NCBI GenBank assembly: GCA_965223265.1
Contig: OZ244999.1
Span: forward strand, 1,888,001 to 1,952,000
Direction of reading: 5' to 3'
DNA length: 64,000 nt
Source: Planctomycetota bacterium
Lineage (GTDB): Bacteria > Planctomycetota > UBA8108 > SXIK01
A program made the translations under genes and the position numbers. Under the pieces are notes generated by a model. The model was not told the DNA's origin and did not search any database. It worked only from the letters and a program-made list of their open reading frames with translations. Shown piece by piece: positions 1 through 10,405 of this stretch (position 1 is the stretch's first letter; every line of letters starts with the position of its first letter).

Positions 1-945
1 ATCGGCTACCCAGCTCTGGCGAGCATTCTGCGCCTGAAGCCCGACTTTTTCGTCGGTACCGGCGACAATGTCTACTACGACGCCCCCCGAGTTCCGTCGG
101 CCGTGGACGAAGCGTCGATGCGAAAGAAGTGGCACGAACAATTCATTCAACCGCTCTACGTCGAACTGTTCGGCGAGGTGCCTACGTACTGGGAGAAAGA
201 CGATCACGATTACCGCTACGATGACTGCGACAACACATCGGACAAGGAACCATCCGTCGATCTCGGCTTGCGGATTTTTCGCGAACAGGTCCCTGTCACC
301 GATCCCGAAGATCCGCACGCGGTGACCTATCGAACCTATCGCGCTGGAAGATTGCTGCAGATCTGGCTGCCGGAGAATCGTGACTACCGGAGCGCCAATT
401 TGTCAGCCGACGGACCCGACAAGACAATCTGGGGTGCCGAGCAGCGTGCCTGGCTGAAACGGACCCTGCTTGAGTCCGACGCAGTTTTTAAGGTCATCGT
501 TTCCCCCACGCCAATGATCGGTCCTGACGACCTAAGAAAGAAGGATAACCATTGCGACATCGGTGGCTTCCGGCACGAGGGCGACGAGTTCTTTCGCTGG
601 GCTAAGGACAATGGATTCTTACAGAAGGGGCTCTTCTTTGCATGCGGAGATCGCCACTGGCAGTATCACTCCGTGCATCCATCCGGCTTCGAGGAGTTCT
701 CATCGGGGGCGCTCGTCGATTCGAACTCGCGATTAGGAGTGCGACCGGGCGATGCGAACGGAACCGACCCGGAGGCGAGGATTGAGCAGCCCTACACTTC
801 GAGGGAGCCCTCTGGAGGCTTTCTCCGCGTCGTCGTCGAACCGTCCTCCGATTCACAGGTGGCGACGGTCGCGTTTGAGTTTTACGATGAAAATGGCGTG
901 CAGCTGCACCGCGTCGAGCGCCGGCGTGCGATCGCTGAAAGATGA
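1..945 (+). CDS. phoD: PhoD-family alkaline phosphatase, 5'-truncated by the window edge
   Basis: Frame 1 is open from base 1 (IGYPALASILRLKPDFFVGTGDNVYYD). It carries PhoD-type motifs GDNVYYD, DDHD, RDYRS, 'WGAEQRAWL' and GDRHW. Confidence 0.8.
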   Translation: MGYPALASILRLKPDFFVGTGDNVYYDAPRVPSAVDEASMRKKWHEQFIQPLYVELFGEVPTYWEKDDHDYRYDDCDNTSDKEPSVDLGLRIFREQVPVTDPEDPHAVTYRTYRAGRLLQIWLPENRDYRSANLSADGPDKTIWGAEQRAWLKRTLLESDAVFKVIVSPTPMIGPDDLRKKDNHCDIGGFRHEGDEFFRWAKDNGFLQKGLFFACGDRHWQYHSVHPSGFEEFSSGALVDSNSRLGVRPGDANGTDPEARIEQPYTSREPSGGFLRVVVEPSSDSQVATVAFEFYDENGVQLHRVERRRAIAER

Positions 946-958
946 GAACTTAGCTTAG

Positions 959-1146
959 CAGCCTGCCTGAGAAAGTGCTTCGAGTCGAAAACTGGTCGCT
1001 TCGCGTCCAGCTCGACCGCGTCGATTCTCACCTAAATCTCTTGTCGGAGAGGGCTCGGAGGTCTCCCGAGTTTGGCGTCGCCGATCTGAGCGCGAAGCGA
1101 GCCGTTTTCGGTCGCCGCGTCCTTTCCGGAATTCGTCGGACCGTCT
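959..1146. repeat. MITE-like repeat, family B (degenerate copy)
   Basis: Starts TTAG|cagcctgcctgagaaagtgcttcgagtcgaaaactgg, which matches the reverse complement of the right end of the 56618-56796 copy. It has an internal inverted repeat. The right boundary is approximate. Confidence 0.55.
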
Positions 1147-1237
1147 CTAATCCGCAGGACGCTGCGCTACCGATAGCTGGTGTGGAGCGCCTTTCCCGCC
1201 ACGCCAACGGAGAACAGCGAAACAGCAGGATCGATAC

Positions 1238-1744
1238 ATGAAGCTTGCTTGGTCAGCGTTGTGTGCCCTGGTGGCACTCGGGATCGCCCAGATCGTTTAC
1301 TACTACCCTCGCTTGCCGGCGCACGTGGCATCAAATTTTGCGGGCAACGGAGAGGCTCAGGCGTGGATGTCGAAACAGGCGTTCGTCGCTTTAGATCTGG
1401 CTCTTCTCGCCGTTCTCGCAGGATCGTTCGCTGTCATTCCGCTGTTAGGGCGTCTAAGTCCGAAGTGGTGGAATCTCCCGAACAAGAACTATTGGCTCGC
1501 GCCGGAGCGGCGCGCGGCGACGATCGCATATGTGAGCCGGCAAGGAATCTGGATGGGCGTCTACACGATGCTCTTCGTCATTTTCGTTATGCAGATGGTA
1601 CTCGACGCGAACCTGCGTGCAGGCCCGCCGCGACTCAGCAGCGTGTTTCTGATCGCGCTCGTCGTCTATCTCGCCTACACCGCCGTTTGGACTTTTCGCC
1701 TCCTGCGGCGTTTTAAACGGCCCGTAGAAGTCCCCGTGCGCTGA
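1238..1744 (+). CDS. DUF1648-like small integral membrane protein
   Basis: Four hydrophobic segments and the motif LPAHVASNFAGNGEAQAWMSK. Confidence 0.7.
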   Translation: MKLAWSALCALVALGIAQIVYYYPRLPAHVASNFAGNGEAQAWMSKQAFVALDLALLAVLAGSFAVIPLLGRLSPKWWNLPNKNYWLAPERRAATIAYVSRQGIWMGVYTMLFVIFVMQMVLDANLRAGPPRLSSVFLIALVVYLAYTAVWTFRLLRRFKRPVEVPVR

Positions 1745-2161
1745 CCCCAACGCGTGCGAAAAGAAGCCGACAAGACACGTCTTCAGCGCCGGGTCAGGCG
1801 GACGATCCGTATCTCCGTATCACGTGCCATTGTCGTTGCGCGTGCCTTTGGTTTATAGTGGAAGTCTGTTTGTTTCTCGTCTGAATCCTCGCACGGCCTA
1901 ACCGCGCACAGATGCGCGTGGCACGGCGTCGACGTGAGGCATCCGAGGAGGTTCTCGGTGTCACGAAGCGCTGTCCGTTGACTGCTCATGGCTGGACTGC
2001 ATATAGCCGCTCGTGAAGTCCGTTTGTGGAGCAAACGATCGCGGCGCCGAGTGGAGACCTCGTTTCAAACGGTCAAACTGGTGAAAGAAGCGGTGAAAGA
2101 CGGTCGCGCAAACCCTGACTCTTCAACACGCCTTGTGGTGGCGCGTCGACAGACGATCGGT

Positions 2162-5100
2162 GTGCGCTTGCTGGTATGGTTCGCTGCAGCGATCCTGTTG
2201 GGCTCAGCTGCGCGACGATCGAGCCTCGCGGCTGCCGACCCGAACGACGTCCTTTACGGTCGCGACGTGCGTCCGATCCTGTCGAATCACTGCTTCAAGT
2301 GCCACGGCCCGGATGCTTCGGCACGACAGGCAAACTTGCGCCTTGACCGTGATGACGCTACAAGTCGCGCGGTTCTGGAGTCACCAAGCGAACTCGTGCG
2401 ACGCATAACGAGCGACGACCCCGAGGTGCGCATGCCTCCGCCTTCTTCGAAGATCCAACTGCAGCGAGCTGAGATCGAGGTGCTGCAGCGCTGGATCGCG
2501 TCCGGCGCATCGTATTCTCGGCACTGGGCCTTTGTGTCATTGCCGGAGCTAGACGATCTTACGGTACCACCAGCGCACGGTTCCGAGTGGCCGATCAATG
2601 AGATTGACCGCTTCGTGCTTGCGCGTCTGCGCCGAGCCGGAATCGAACCCGCCGGTCGCGCGTCAAAGGAAGCGCTCATCCGTCGACTCTCCTTCGATCT
2701 GACCGGGCTGCCGCCATCGTTGGAAGCCGTTGACGAATTCCTTGCCGACCACCGTCCGGACGCGTACACGGCGCTGATCGATCGACTTCTTTCACGGCAA
2801 GCCTACGGCGAACGCATGGCGGCTGATTGGCTCGATGTCGCGCGATACTCTGACACCTACGGATATCAGGTTGACCGAGATCGTTTCGTGTGGCCGTGGA
2901 GGGATTGGGTGATCAAGGCGTTCAACGATAACCTCCCCTACGATCAATTCATCGCCTGGCAACTAGCGGGAGATTTACTCCCGAACGCGACCGACGAGCA
3001 GGTGTTGGCGACTACGTTCAATCGACTTCATCCGCAAAAGGTTGAAGGAGGTAGCGTCCCGGAAGAGTTTCGCGTTGAGTACGTTGCCGACCGCAACCAC
3101 ACTTTTGCGACGGCTTTTCTTGGCTTGACTTTGGAGTGTGCGCGGTGCCATGACCACAAATATGATCCGATCTCGCAGCGTGAGTACTACCAGCTCTTCG
3201 CTTTCTTTAATTCCATAGACGAGGCTGGGCTCTACTCTTACTTCACGAAGTCCATCCCGACGCCGACACTTCTCCTCGCTTCCGAAGAAACCAAGCGCGA
3301 AGTCACAGCGTTGAAAGCGCGCGAGCGCGACGCTGAGGAGGCAGTTCGCCGAGTCGCAGCGGGGCGGCGTGAGGCGTTCCAGCGCTGGTGTGGAACCGTG
3401 GCGGAGGTCTCTCCCTTGGGGCGCATAGCGCACCGTGACTTCGACGATGCTTCGGCGGTTGCGCCGCATCGGACGGTTTCCGGCAAAGTCGGGAGCGCTG
3501 TCGAATTGACCGGCGATGACCAGATCACTCTCGAAAAGATCGGCAACTTTCGACGTTTCGAGCCATTCACGGTTGCACTTTGGCTTCAGACACCTGATCT
3601 GAAGCAGCGAGCCGTGGTTTTTCATCGTTCGCGAGCTTGGACGGACGCTGGCAGTCGCGGCTACGAGTTGCTCCTCGAGAACGGCCGCCTCAGTGCTGCC
3701 TTGATTCACTTTTGGCCCGGAAATGCACTCCGGGTGCGTAGCCGCGAGCCGATTCCTCTCGGCGAATGGCTTCACGTCGCCGTAACGTACGATGGCTCGA
3801 GCCGCGCAGACGGGCTCAAGATTCTCATCAACGGCGAGGAGGCCGATGTCGACGTCGTTCAAGATCGCCTCGCCAAGAACATCACTGGTGGTGGTGGCGA
3901 CGATCTCGCGATTGGCGCACGCTCCCGAGATCGTGGTTTTTCGCGCGGTAGGGTCGACGAGTTTCAGGTGTTCTCGCGCGAGCTGACGCCGCTCGAGGTC
4001 AGACACCTTTACGATGGCAGCAGCCTCCATGAAGCTTTGGCCAGCGCTCGAAGTGATGCGACTGCAGACGGTAACGATGCGCTTTTTCGTTACTACCTCG
4101 CTACCGCGGACGACAAGTATGAGGACGCGCTCGCTCAGCTAAGACAGGCTCGGGAGGCGGTGGCGACTGTCGTCGATCCGATCCAGGAGATCATGGTCAT
4201 GCGGGAGAGTTCGACGCCGCGTCCTACGTTTGTCCTACGGCGCGGCGCCTACAATGCTCCCACCGAACGAGTGCGTCCGGGGACACCTTCGATCTTCCCG
4301 CCGTTTCCTGAATCCGCACCACGCAATCGCCTTGGACTGGCGCGTTGGCTCACCGATCCCGGTCAGCCTCTCACCGCACGTGTCACCGTCAATCGTGTGT
4401 GGCGACTTCTCTTCGGACATGGGCTTGTTCGTACTCCTGAGGATTTCGGCAGTCAGGGCGAGTCGCCGACGCATCCTGATCTTCTCGACTGGTTGGCTCG
4501 AGACTTTGTCAGTCATGGATGGGACCTGAAGCGGCTCGTGAAAATGATCGCTTCGTCGTCGACCTATCGGCAAAGCTCAAGCGCCGACGTGGAAGTGGTG
4601 GATCGTGATCCAGAAAATCGACTTCTGGCGCGTGCGCCGAGCTATCGGCTGTCGGCGGAGATGCTGAGGGACAACGTCCTCGCTGTCAGTGGCCTCCTTG
4701 TTCGCGACGTGGGTGGAGCTCCGGCAAAGCCGTATGACCTCGAAGTCTCGTTCAAGCCGATCAAGCCAGATCAAGGCGGTGGTCTCTATCGTCGTAGCCT
4801 CTACACGTTTTGGAAACGGACAGCTCCGGCGCCGGTGATGATGGCTTTTGATGCTGCGAAACGTGACGTCTGCACCGTCAAGCGTGAGACGACGTCATCG
4901 CCGCTGCAGACACTTGTCCTTCTCAATGGACCGCAGTTCGTCGAAGCGGCTCGAGTCCTGGGGGAGCTACTCCTTGTCAAACACGGTGGTGATGCCGAAC
5001 CGATGGTTGTCGAAGCGTTTCGCCTTCTGACGAGCCGTCGCCCTGAAGCGAATGAGCGACGTGTGCTGCTGCAACTCCTCGACGAACAGTTGGTTTACTT

Positions 5101-5245
5101 TGAATCCGACGCCGCCGGCACGGAGAAGTACCTTGCGGTCGGCGCCGTGCGTCCAGACTCGAGCCTCAGCGCGCCGCGTCTTGCGGCGATCAGTGTCGTC
5201 GTCGGCGCTTTGATGAGTTATGATGGGTGCGTGATGAAGCGCTAG
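2162..5245 (+). CDS. Planctomycete cytochrome c / DUF1549 / LamG / DUF1553 (PSD1) protein
   Basis: CFKCHGPD, HWAF, NEIDRF, YGERMA..WLDVARYSD, CARCHDHKYDP, a LamG insert (WLHVAVTYDG), NRLGLARWL and RRSLY. The ORF is open from 1988; GTG 2162 before the signal peptide is the likely start. Confidence 0.9.
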   Translation: MRLLVWFAAAILLGSAARRSSLAAADPNDVLYGRDVRPILSNHCFKCHGPDASARQANLRLDRDDATSRAVLESPSELVRRITSDDPEVRMPPPSSKIQLQRAEIEVLQRWIASGASYSRHWAFVSLPELDDLTVPPAHGSEWPINEIDRFVLARLRRAGIEPAGRASKEALIRRLSFDLTGLPPSLEAVDEFLADHRPDAYTALIDRLLSRQAYGERMAADWLDVARYSDTYGYQVDRDRFVWPWRDWVIKAFNDNLPYDQFIAWQLAGDLLPNATDEQVLATTFNRLHPQKVEGGSVPEEFRVEYVADRNHTFATAFLGLTLECARCHDHKYDPISQREYYQLFAFFNSIDEAGLYSYFTKSIPTPTLLLASEETKREVTALKARERDAEEAVRRVAAGRREAFQRWCGTVAEVSPLGRIAHRDFDDASAVAPHRTVSGKVGSAVELTGDDQITLEKIGNFRRFEPFTVALWLQTPDLKQRAVVFHRSRAWTDAGSRGYELLLENGRLSAALIHFWPGNALRVRSREPIPLGEWLHVAVTYDGSSRADGLKILINGEEADVDVVQDRLAKNITGGGGDDLAIGARSRDRGFSRGRVDEFQVFSRELTPLEVRHLYDGSSLHEALASARSDATADGNDALFRYYLATADDKYEDALAQLRQAREAVATVVDPIQEIMVMRESSTPRPTFVLRRGAYNAPTERVRPGTPSIFPPFPESAPRNRLGLARWLTDPGQPLTARVTVNRVWRLLFGHGLVRTPEDFGSQGESPTHPDLLDWLARDFVSHGWDLKRLVKMIASSSTYRQSSSADVEVVDRDPENRLLARAPSYRLSAEMLRDNVLAVSGLLVRDVGGAPAKPYDLEVSFKPIKPDQGGGLYRRSLYTFWKRTAPAPVMMAFDAAKRDVCTVKRETTSSPLQTLVLLNGPQFVEAARVLGELLLVKHGGDAEPMVVEAFRLLTSRRPEANERRVLLQLLDEQLVYFESDAAGTEKYLAVGAVRPDSSLSAPRLAAISVVVGALMSYDGCVMKR

Positions 5246-5281
5246 TCGTGCGCACCGAGCAGACAACGAGCGATACTTTCG

Positions 5282-6751
5282 ATGCCTTCGACACCTTCCA
5301 AATGCAGCGGGTACGAATCGTCACTTGGGTGGGGGCGCCGGCGTTTTCTCAGCAGCTTCGGGATGGGGCTTGGAACGCTCGCTTTACTTGATTTGGAGCG
5401 CTCGGCGTGCAGTGCTGCGGTGCGGCCTGGAGTTTCAGCGAATGACGATCGTCTGCAGCCGCACTTTGCGCCGAAGGCGAAGCGCATCATCTATCTCTTC
5501 CAGAGTGGGGCGCCCTCGCAACTCGATCTGTTTGACAACAAGCCGCTACTCAATGCGAGACACGGCACCGAATTGCCCGATGAGGTCCGTCGTGGGCAGC
5601 GACTGACTGCGATGTCCGGAAACCAAGCTTCTCTGCCGCTTGCGGGATCACCATTTCAGTTTCGGCAACACGGCGAAAGCGGCGCGTGGCTCAGCGAAAC
5701 TCTGCCGCATACCGCAGCCGTCGCCGATGATATTTGCTTTGTCAAGTCGATGCACACTGAGGCCATCAACCACGGTCCCGGCGTGACGTTCTTACAAACA
5801 GGATCCCCGTTTCCGGGGCGGCCAAGTATGGGCGCGTGGATTCATTACGGGCTCGGGTCACTGAACGAGAACTTGCCGACTTTCGTCGTTTTGGTGACCA
5901 AGAACAAGGGCGGACAACCGCTTGTCTCGCGCCTCTGGGGCAGCGCATTCCTTGCGTCGAAGTATCAGGGGGTGCGGTTTCGCTCAGGAAAAGACCCCGT
6001 TCTTTACCTCAATAACCCTGACGGTATTGACCACAAGAGTCGACGGCTGACGCTGAATCGACTGCGTGATCTGCACGAGATCCTTTTGGACCGCACGGCG
6101 GATCGTGAGATCGAGGGGCGCATTGAACAGTATGAGCTGGCGTTTCGAATGCAAAGCGCGATTCCTCACGTCGCGGATTTACAATCTGAGCCAGAATCTG
6201 TGATCAAGGAGTACGGTGAGGATGCGCGCACGCCGGGGAGCTTCGCGGCCAATTGTCTTTTAGCTCGCCGGCTCGCCGAACGTGGTGTGCGATTCATACA
6301 GCTCTACCATCCAGGCTGGGATCAGCATGGCGGTTTGAAGCGTGGCGTGGAACGTCAGTGCAGGGAAACAGATCAGGCGTCAGCCGCGCTCATCCGCGAC
6401 CTGAAGCGAAGGGGACTCCTCGATGACACGCTGGTCGTGTGGGGGGGTGAATTCGGACGGACGAACTACTGTCAAGGGAAGTTGACGAAGACTCAATTCG
6501 GTCGCGATCACCACCCTCGCTCGTTCACGATTTGGCTCGCTGGGGGGGGAGTTAACGCGGGGACGACGTACGGTGCAACAGACTCGTATGGCTACAACGC
6601 GGTCGATGACCCCGTTAACGTGCACGATTTGCATGCGACGCTGCTCCATCTGCTAGGCCTCGATCACGAGCGATTGACCTACAAGCACCAGGGGCGGTGG
6701 TACCGTCTCACGGATGTCCACGGTCGTGTTGTCCGCGGGATCCTGAGCTAA
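5282..6751 (+). CDS. DUF1501 family protein (Tat-like signal)
   Basis: RRRFL signal, PKAKRIIYLFQSGAPSQLDLFD, CLLARRLAERGVRF, WDQH, GEFGRT, GRDH. Confidence 0.92.
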   Translation: MPSTPSKCSGYESSLGWGRRRFLSSFGMGLGTLALLDLERSACSAAVRPGVSANDDRLQPHFAPKAKRIIYLFQSGAPSQLDLFDNKPLLNARHGTELPDEVRRGQRLTAMSGNQASLPLAGSPFQFRQHGESGAWLSETLPHTAAVADDICFVKSMHTEAINHGPGVTFLQTGSPFPGRPSMGAWIHYGLGSLNENLPTFVVLVTKNKGGQPLVSRLWGSAFLASKYQGVRFRSGKDPVLYLNNPDGIDHKSRRLTLNRLRDLHEILLDRTADREIEGRIEQYELAFRMQSAIPHVADLQSEPESVIKEYGEDARTPGSFAANCLLARRLAERGVRFIQLYHPGWDQHGGLKRGVERQCRETDQASAALIRDLKRRGLLDDTLVVWGGEFGRTNYCQGKLTKTQFGRDHHPRSFTIWLAGGGVNAGTTYGATDSYGYNAVDDPVNVHDLHATLLHLLGLDHERLTYKHQGRWYRLTDVHGRVVRGILS

Positions 6752-7268
6752 CCTCGAGTTTGGCGTACGCCGTGAAAAGGCACGAATCCTCAGTGGGTGA
6801 GAATCCCACCCGGCAACTGGTCGCTCCAGCCGGTAGCACCCGGAGCGACGGAGGGAGGTAACGACCTACGTCGAAGTACTTCAGGAAAAGGGTCGCTGGG
6901 CGACCCAGCGAGCACGCAGGCCGTAACGTGAGTGAACGCCGAGCAGGCCTCGAAAGAGTCAATGCAGGAGCCGACCCTCCGCTAAACAGGGGAAGGCTGC
7001 CAACCAATGGACGAGAAGAGCGACAGCATCCAATGGTTCCTGCCGGGGTAGTGGCGATGGCATGCGTGCCAACGGAGATTCGATGCAACACGGGAAACCC
7101 CGACGGTGGCGCGGCGTGAGCGCCAAACCGGAGCTCCGCGAGGAGCCGGCCGGGCCGTCCGGGGCGGCGGATAGGCCCGTAGTACCGCAGACGCCGGGTA
7201 ATGCCGGTTGAGGGAAGGGGCCTTAGTTCAAGGTTAACGTCAGAAGCCATGAGAGCCGGGAGATTGGC

Positions 7269-8576
7269 ATGAGCCTACCAACCCCACCAAAGGTTCGGAC
7301 GCTGCAGGCGGCGTTACATACCAAAGCGAAGGAATCGCCCAACTTTCGTTTCTATGCCCTCTACGACAAGGTGTATCGACCGGACGTTCTCGAACACGCC
7401 TACCGCTGCTGCCGTGCCAACGGTGGAGCCACAGGAGTGGACGGCGAGCGTTTCGAAGACATCGAGAGAGAAGGTCTCGAACGGTGGTTGGACGAACTGA
7501 CGAAGGAGCTCAAAGAGAAGAGGTATCGTCCGCAAGCGGTTCGCCGGGTGTATATTCCGAAGGCGAATGGTAAGCAGCGGCCGTTGGGTATCCCAACGAT
7601 CCGCGACCGTGTCGTGCAGACGGCAGCCGTGCTGATCCTCGAAGCGATATTCGAGGCAGACCTGCAGCCGGAGCAGTACGCCTACCGTCCCAACCGTAGC
7701 GCTTTGGAGGCCATAGGCAAGATCCACTCGCTACTGAATACTGGCCACACAGAGGTCATCGACGCAGACTTAAGCGGCTACTTCGACACGATCCCACACA
7801 CCGAGCTCATGAAATCGGTGGCACGTCGCATCAGTGATAAACAGGTACTGCATCTGATCAAGATGTGGCTTGTCGCGCCGGTAGAAGAGACGGACGAGCG
7901 GGGTCGAAAACATCGAACGACGCGCAATAAGGACGAGGGCCGGGGCTGTCCGCAAGGCGCTCCGATCTCACCGCTGCTTAGTAACCTCTACATGCGACGA
8001 TTCATCGTGGGTTGGAAGGTGCTCGGGTACCAAAGGCGCTTGCGCGCCCGAATTGTCAACTACGCCGACGACTTCGTGATCTGCTGTCGCGACAGTGCCG
8101 ACGAGGCCATGCGCGTGATGAGGAACATGATGCAACGGCTGAAGCTGACGGTGAACGAGTCAAAGACACGTCAATGCAGCGTCCCGGACGAAACGTTCGA
8201 CTTTCTGGGCTACACGCTGGGAAGGTGCTGGTCGCCTAAGACGGGTCGAGCCTACATCGGCACACGCCCGTCCAAGAAGAAGGTCGTGGGGCTTTGCCGC
8301 ACGATTAGTGAAAAGACCAGCCGTCGCTGGAGTGCCCGCGACGCCAAGGAGCTCGTAGCTGAACTCAACCGAACCATGATCGGATGGGCCAACTACTTCC
8401 GCCTTGGGCCTGTTAGCAAGGCCTATGCCACCGTGGATTTCCACGCCGGCAACCGGCTGCGTCAGTGGTTGTGCCGTAAACACAAAGTGCCGAGTCGAGG
8501 AACGTCACGATTTCCCGACACATACCTGCACCGCGTACTCGGTCTAGTCCGAACTTCCAAAGAAAGGCACTCGTAA
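7269..8576 (+). CDS. ltrA: Group II intron reverse transcriptase/maturase, no endonuclease domain; C-terminus altered by IS insertion
   Basis: [45 protein letters not shown] and domain X GWANYF. The native C-terminus LTERTRNFPWAKV* is displaced to 10523-10568. Confidence 0.93.
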   Translation: MSLPTPPKVRTLQAALHTKAKESPNFRFYALYDKVYRPDVLEHAYRCCRANGGATGVDGERFEDIEREGLERWLDELTKELKEKRYRPQAVRRVYIPKANGKQRPLGIPTIRDRVVQTAAVLILEAIFEADLQPEQYAYRPNRSALEAIGKIHSLLNTGHTEVIDADLSGYFDTIPHTELMKSVARRISDKQVLHLIKMWLVAPVEETDERGRKHRTTRNKDEGRGCPQGAPISPLLSNLYMRRFIVGWKVLGYQRRLRARIVNYADDFVICCRDSADEAMRVMRNMMQRLKLTVNESKTRQCSVPDETFDFLGYTLGRCWSPKTGRAYIGTRPSKKKVVGLCRTISEKTSRRWSARDAKELVAELNRTMIGWANYFRLGPVSKAYATVDFHAGNRLRQWLCRKHKVPSRGTSRFPDTYLHRVLGLVRTSKERHS

Positions 8577-8624
8577 ATTCAGCGCAGGTCCGGCTTTGCG
8601 ATGCACCGCAATCGTCAATTCTGA

Positions 8625-10370
8625 CTACATGCGCTCGGTCAGCGACACGCGCAGTAAACGAAGCGCTTGTCGCTGTTCGGGCGACGGCTCGGTGATCACC
8701 TCGAACTCAGCCTTGGAGCTCAGCGGGGAAGCGACGCGATTGCGAGCGATCGTGGCCAAGTCCTGCAGCAGGGTTCGAAAACTATGGGCACACTTGCCGT
8801 CGAGAGTGCGCTTGGTCCAGTCCTTCCACTTCGCCATCTCGGAGCGAACGGCTGGTGTCACCGGCGACTTTCTCCGGTTCACTTCGTCGGCGAACTCATC
8901 GTGAAAGAGCATCGGCTTTAGCGCTTGTTGCATGTGCCACTGGACGTAGTAGGCGAGCATGCAGAGAAATACGTGAGCTCTCACACGTTTCTCTGCATAG
9001 TGAAAAATTGGACGCACTTCGAGATCGACCGTCTTCATACTGCGAAAAGCCCGCTCCACCTTGCTGAGGCTTTTGTATGCCCTCACGGCTTGCCGGGCAC
9101 TTAGCTTTCGTTTCGGCACAGTCGTTCGCAGGACGTAGAATCCGTCCAAGGCGGCTTCACGTTCGATTCGTGGTGCATTGCGCCGGAAACGAAACGTGCT
9201 CTCTGCGATCGTCAGGTCAAACAGCTTACCCACCTTGAATCGACCTATGACTTTACCGACTCGAATGCCAATCTTCGCCCGGCTCCGAAGTCTTCCTGCT
9301 TTGACTGCGGCAGCGACTTTCCAGAGGTGCTTTTCGGTAGCCTGCAGCAGCTCCTCGCGCTTTCTCCTGCGCTCTTCGGCCAGGAGAGGGTTACGGCAAA
9401 CGATGAGGCGTTCGTTGGGAAACGAAGGATCATCTATTTCGGCGAGATTCTGCTGGTCAAAGAACTCAAGCTGAATGCTTCCCGACTCTTTCAGCTTTTG
9501 GATCTGGGGCGCTCGCAGCGCTGTGATCCAGTCCACACCGTCAATGTCTTTGAGCTCTTCGCGAATTCGCGCCGTGGTGATCATGCCGCGATCTCCCACG
9601 AGAGTCATTCGCGACAGTTCGAAATCTTCTCGAAGTCGCTTCACCTGGGCTCCGAGAGTCTTGGGGTCTGCAGTGTTCCCCTCAAACACTTCGACAGAAA
9701 CTGGGCAGCCGTCTTTGTTCGTCAAAACGCCAAATACGATCTGCGCTTTATGCTTTTTCTCGTCGCGGCTGTGACCCCGTCTTGCCAGCGAACAGCAGCG
9801 GCCTTCAAAGTACGTCGAAGTTAAATCGTAGAGCGTTAGCTCACCGTCTTTGAGGTGACGCTTGGCCAACTTGACTTGGATCTTTCTCTGACGCTCAACG
9901 AGCCAATCCATCGCCTTGTAGAGATCGTTTTCATCTACGTTCTCCAGCCCCAGTAGCTGCGGAATCGTCGTCGCCTTCCAGGCCCTTGTTGTAGCTAGCT
10001 TCGACTGTGGAGAAATAATCCTCGCGGCGATCATCGCCAAGGCGCACTGGCGCTCACTACTCGCCCGCCCATCAAGGATCGTGTCGAGACCAAGATTGCG
10101 CATGGTGCCCAGCACCGCGGCGACGTGACCGTGGCTGCGAGTGGAGAGAATCTTGAAAGCGTCACTCGCAGAGACGAACTGCTCTCCCTTCAAGGCGCGG
10201 CGAACGAGGTCGATCACTTCCAGCGGCAAATGAGAGAGATTGGCCAGCGTGACGTTACGAACCTTCTTGCCGTCGCGATATGTGCGTCGAAGGAGGTGGC
10301 TCTGATAGGTCTTACCCTTGTATTTTCTCTTCGTTGTGACCACATGGGCCGATCCACCTCTCTTCGCCAT
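8625..10370 (-). CDS. IS1634-family DDE transposase
   Basis: N-terminus HLLRRTYRDGKKVRNVTLANLSHLP, LYDLTSTYFEG, VGDRGM, YKSLSKVERAFRSMK and VRPIFH..EKRVRAHVFLCMLAYY. The ORF is open from 10388; ATG 10370 is preferred. Confidence 0.9.
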   Translation of the reverse strand: MAKRGGSAHVVTTKRKYKGKTYQSHLLRRTYRDGKKVRNVTLANLSHLPLEVIDLVRRALKGEQFVSASDAFKILSTRSHGHVAAVLGTMRNLGLDTILDGRASSERQCALAMIAARIISPQSKLATTRAWKATTIPQLLGLENVDENDLYKAMDWLVERQRKIQVKLAKRHLKDGELTLYDLTSTYFEGRCCSLARRGHSRDEKKHKAQIVFGVLTNKDGCPVSVEVFEGNTADPKTLGAQVKRLREDFELSRMTLVGDRGMITTARIREELKDIDGVDWITALRAPQIQKLKESGSIQLEFFDQQNLAEIDDPSFPNERLIVCRNPLLAEERRRKREELLQATEKHLWKVAAAVKAGRLRSRAKIGIRVGKVIGRFKVGKLFDLTIAESTFRFRRNAPRIEREAALDGFYVLRTTVPKRKLSARQAVRAYKSLSKVERAFRSMKTVDLEVRPIFHYAEKRVRAHVFLCMLAYYVQWHMQQALKPMLFHDEFADEVNRRKSPVTPAVRSEMAKWKDWTKRTLDGKCAHSFRTLLQDLATIARNRVASPLSSKAEFEVITEPSPEQRQALRLLRVSLTERM

Positions 10371-10377
10371 GAGCAGC

Positions 10378-10405
10378 ATTATGCGCATCTTGACGTGAAA
10401 GGCAA
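10378..10405 (-). promoter_or_regulatory. Possible sigma70-type promoter for the transposase (would give a leaderless mRNA)
   Basis: TTGCCT-16 nt-CATAAT on the minus strand, 7 nt before ATG 10370, with no SD sequence. Confidence 0.3.

Noticed and set aside
2162-6751. PSD1 plus DUF1501 pair as a novel system
   Set aside because: This is a very common planctomycete module, uncharacterised but already well known.
7269-8576. RT as part of a retron, DGR or defence system
   Set aside because: It is flanked by clear group II intron domains V/VI and has domain X. No TR/VR pair or msr-msd was seen.
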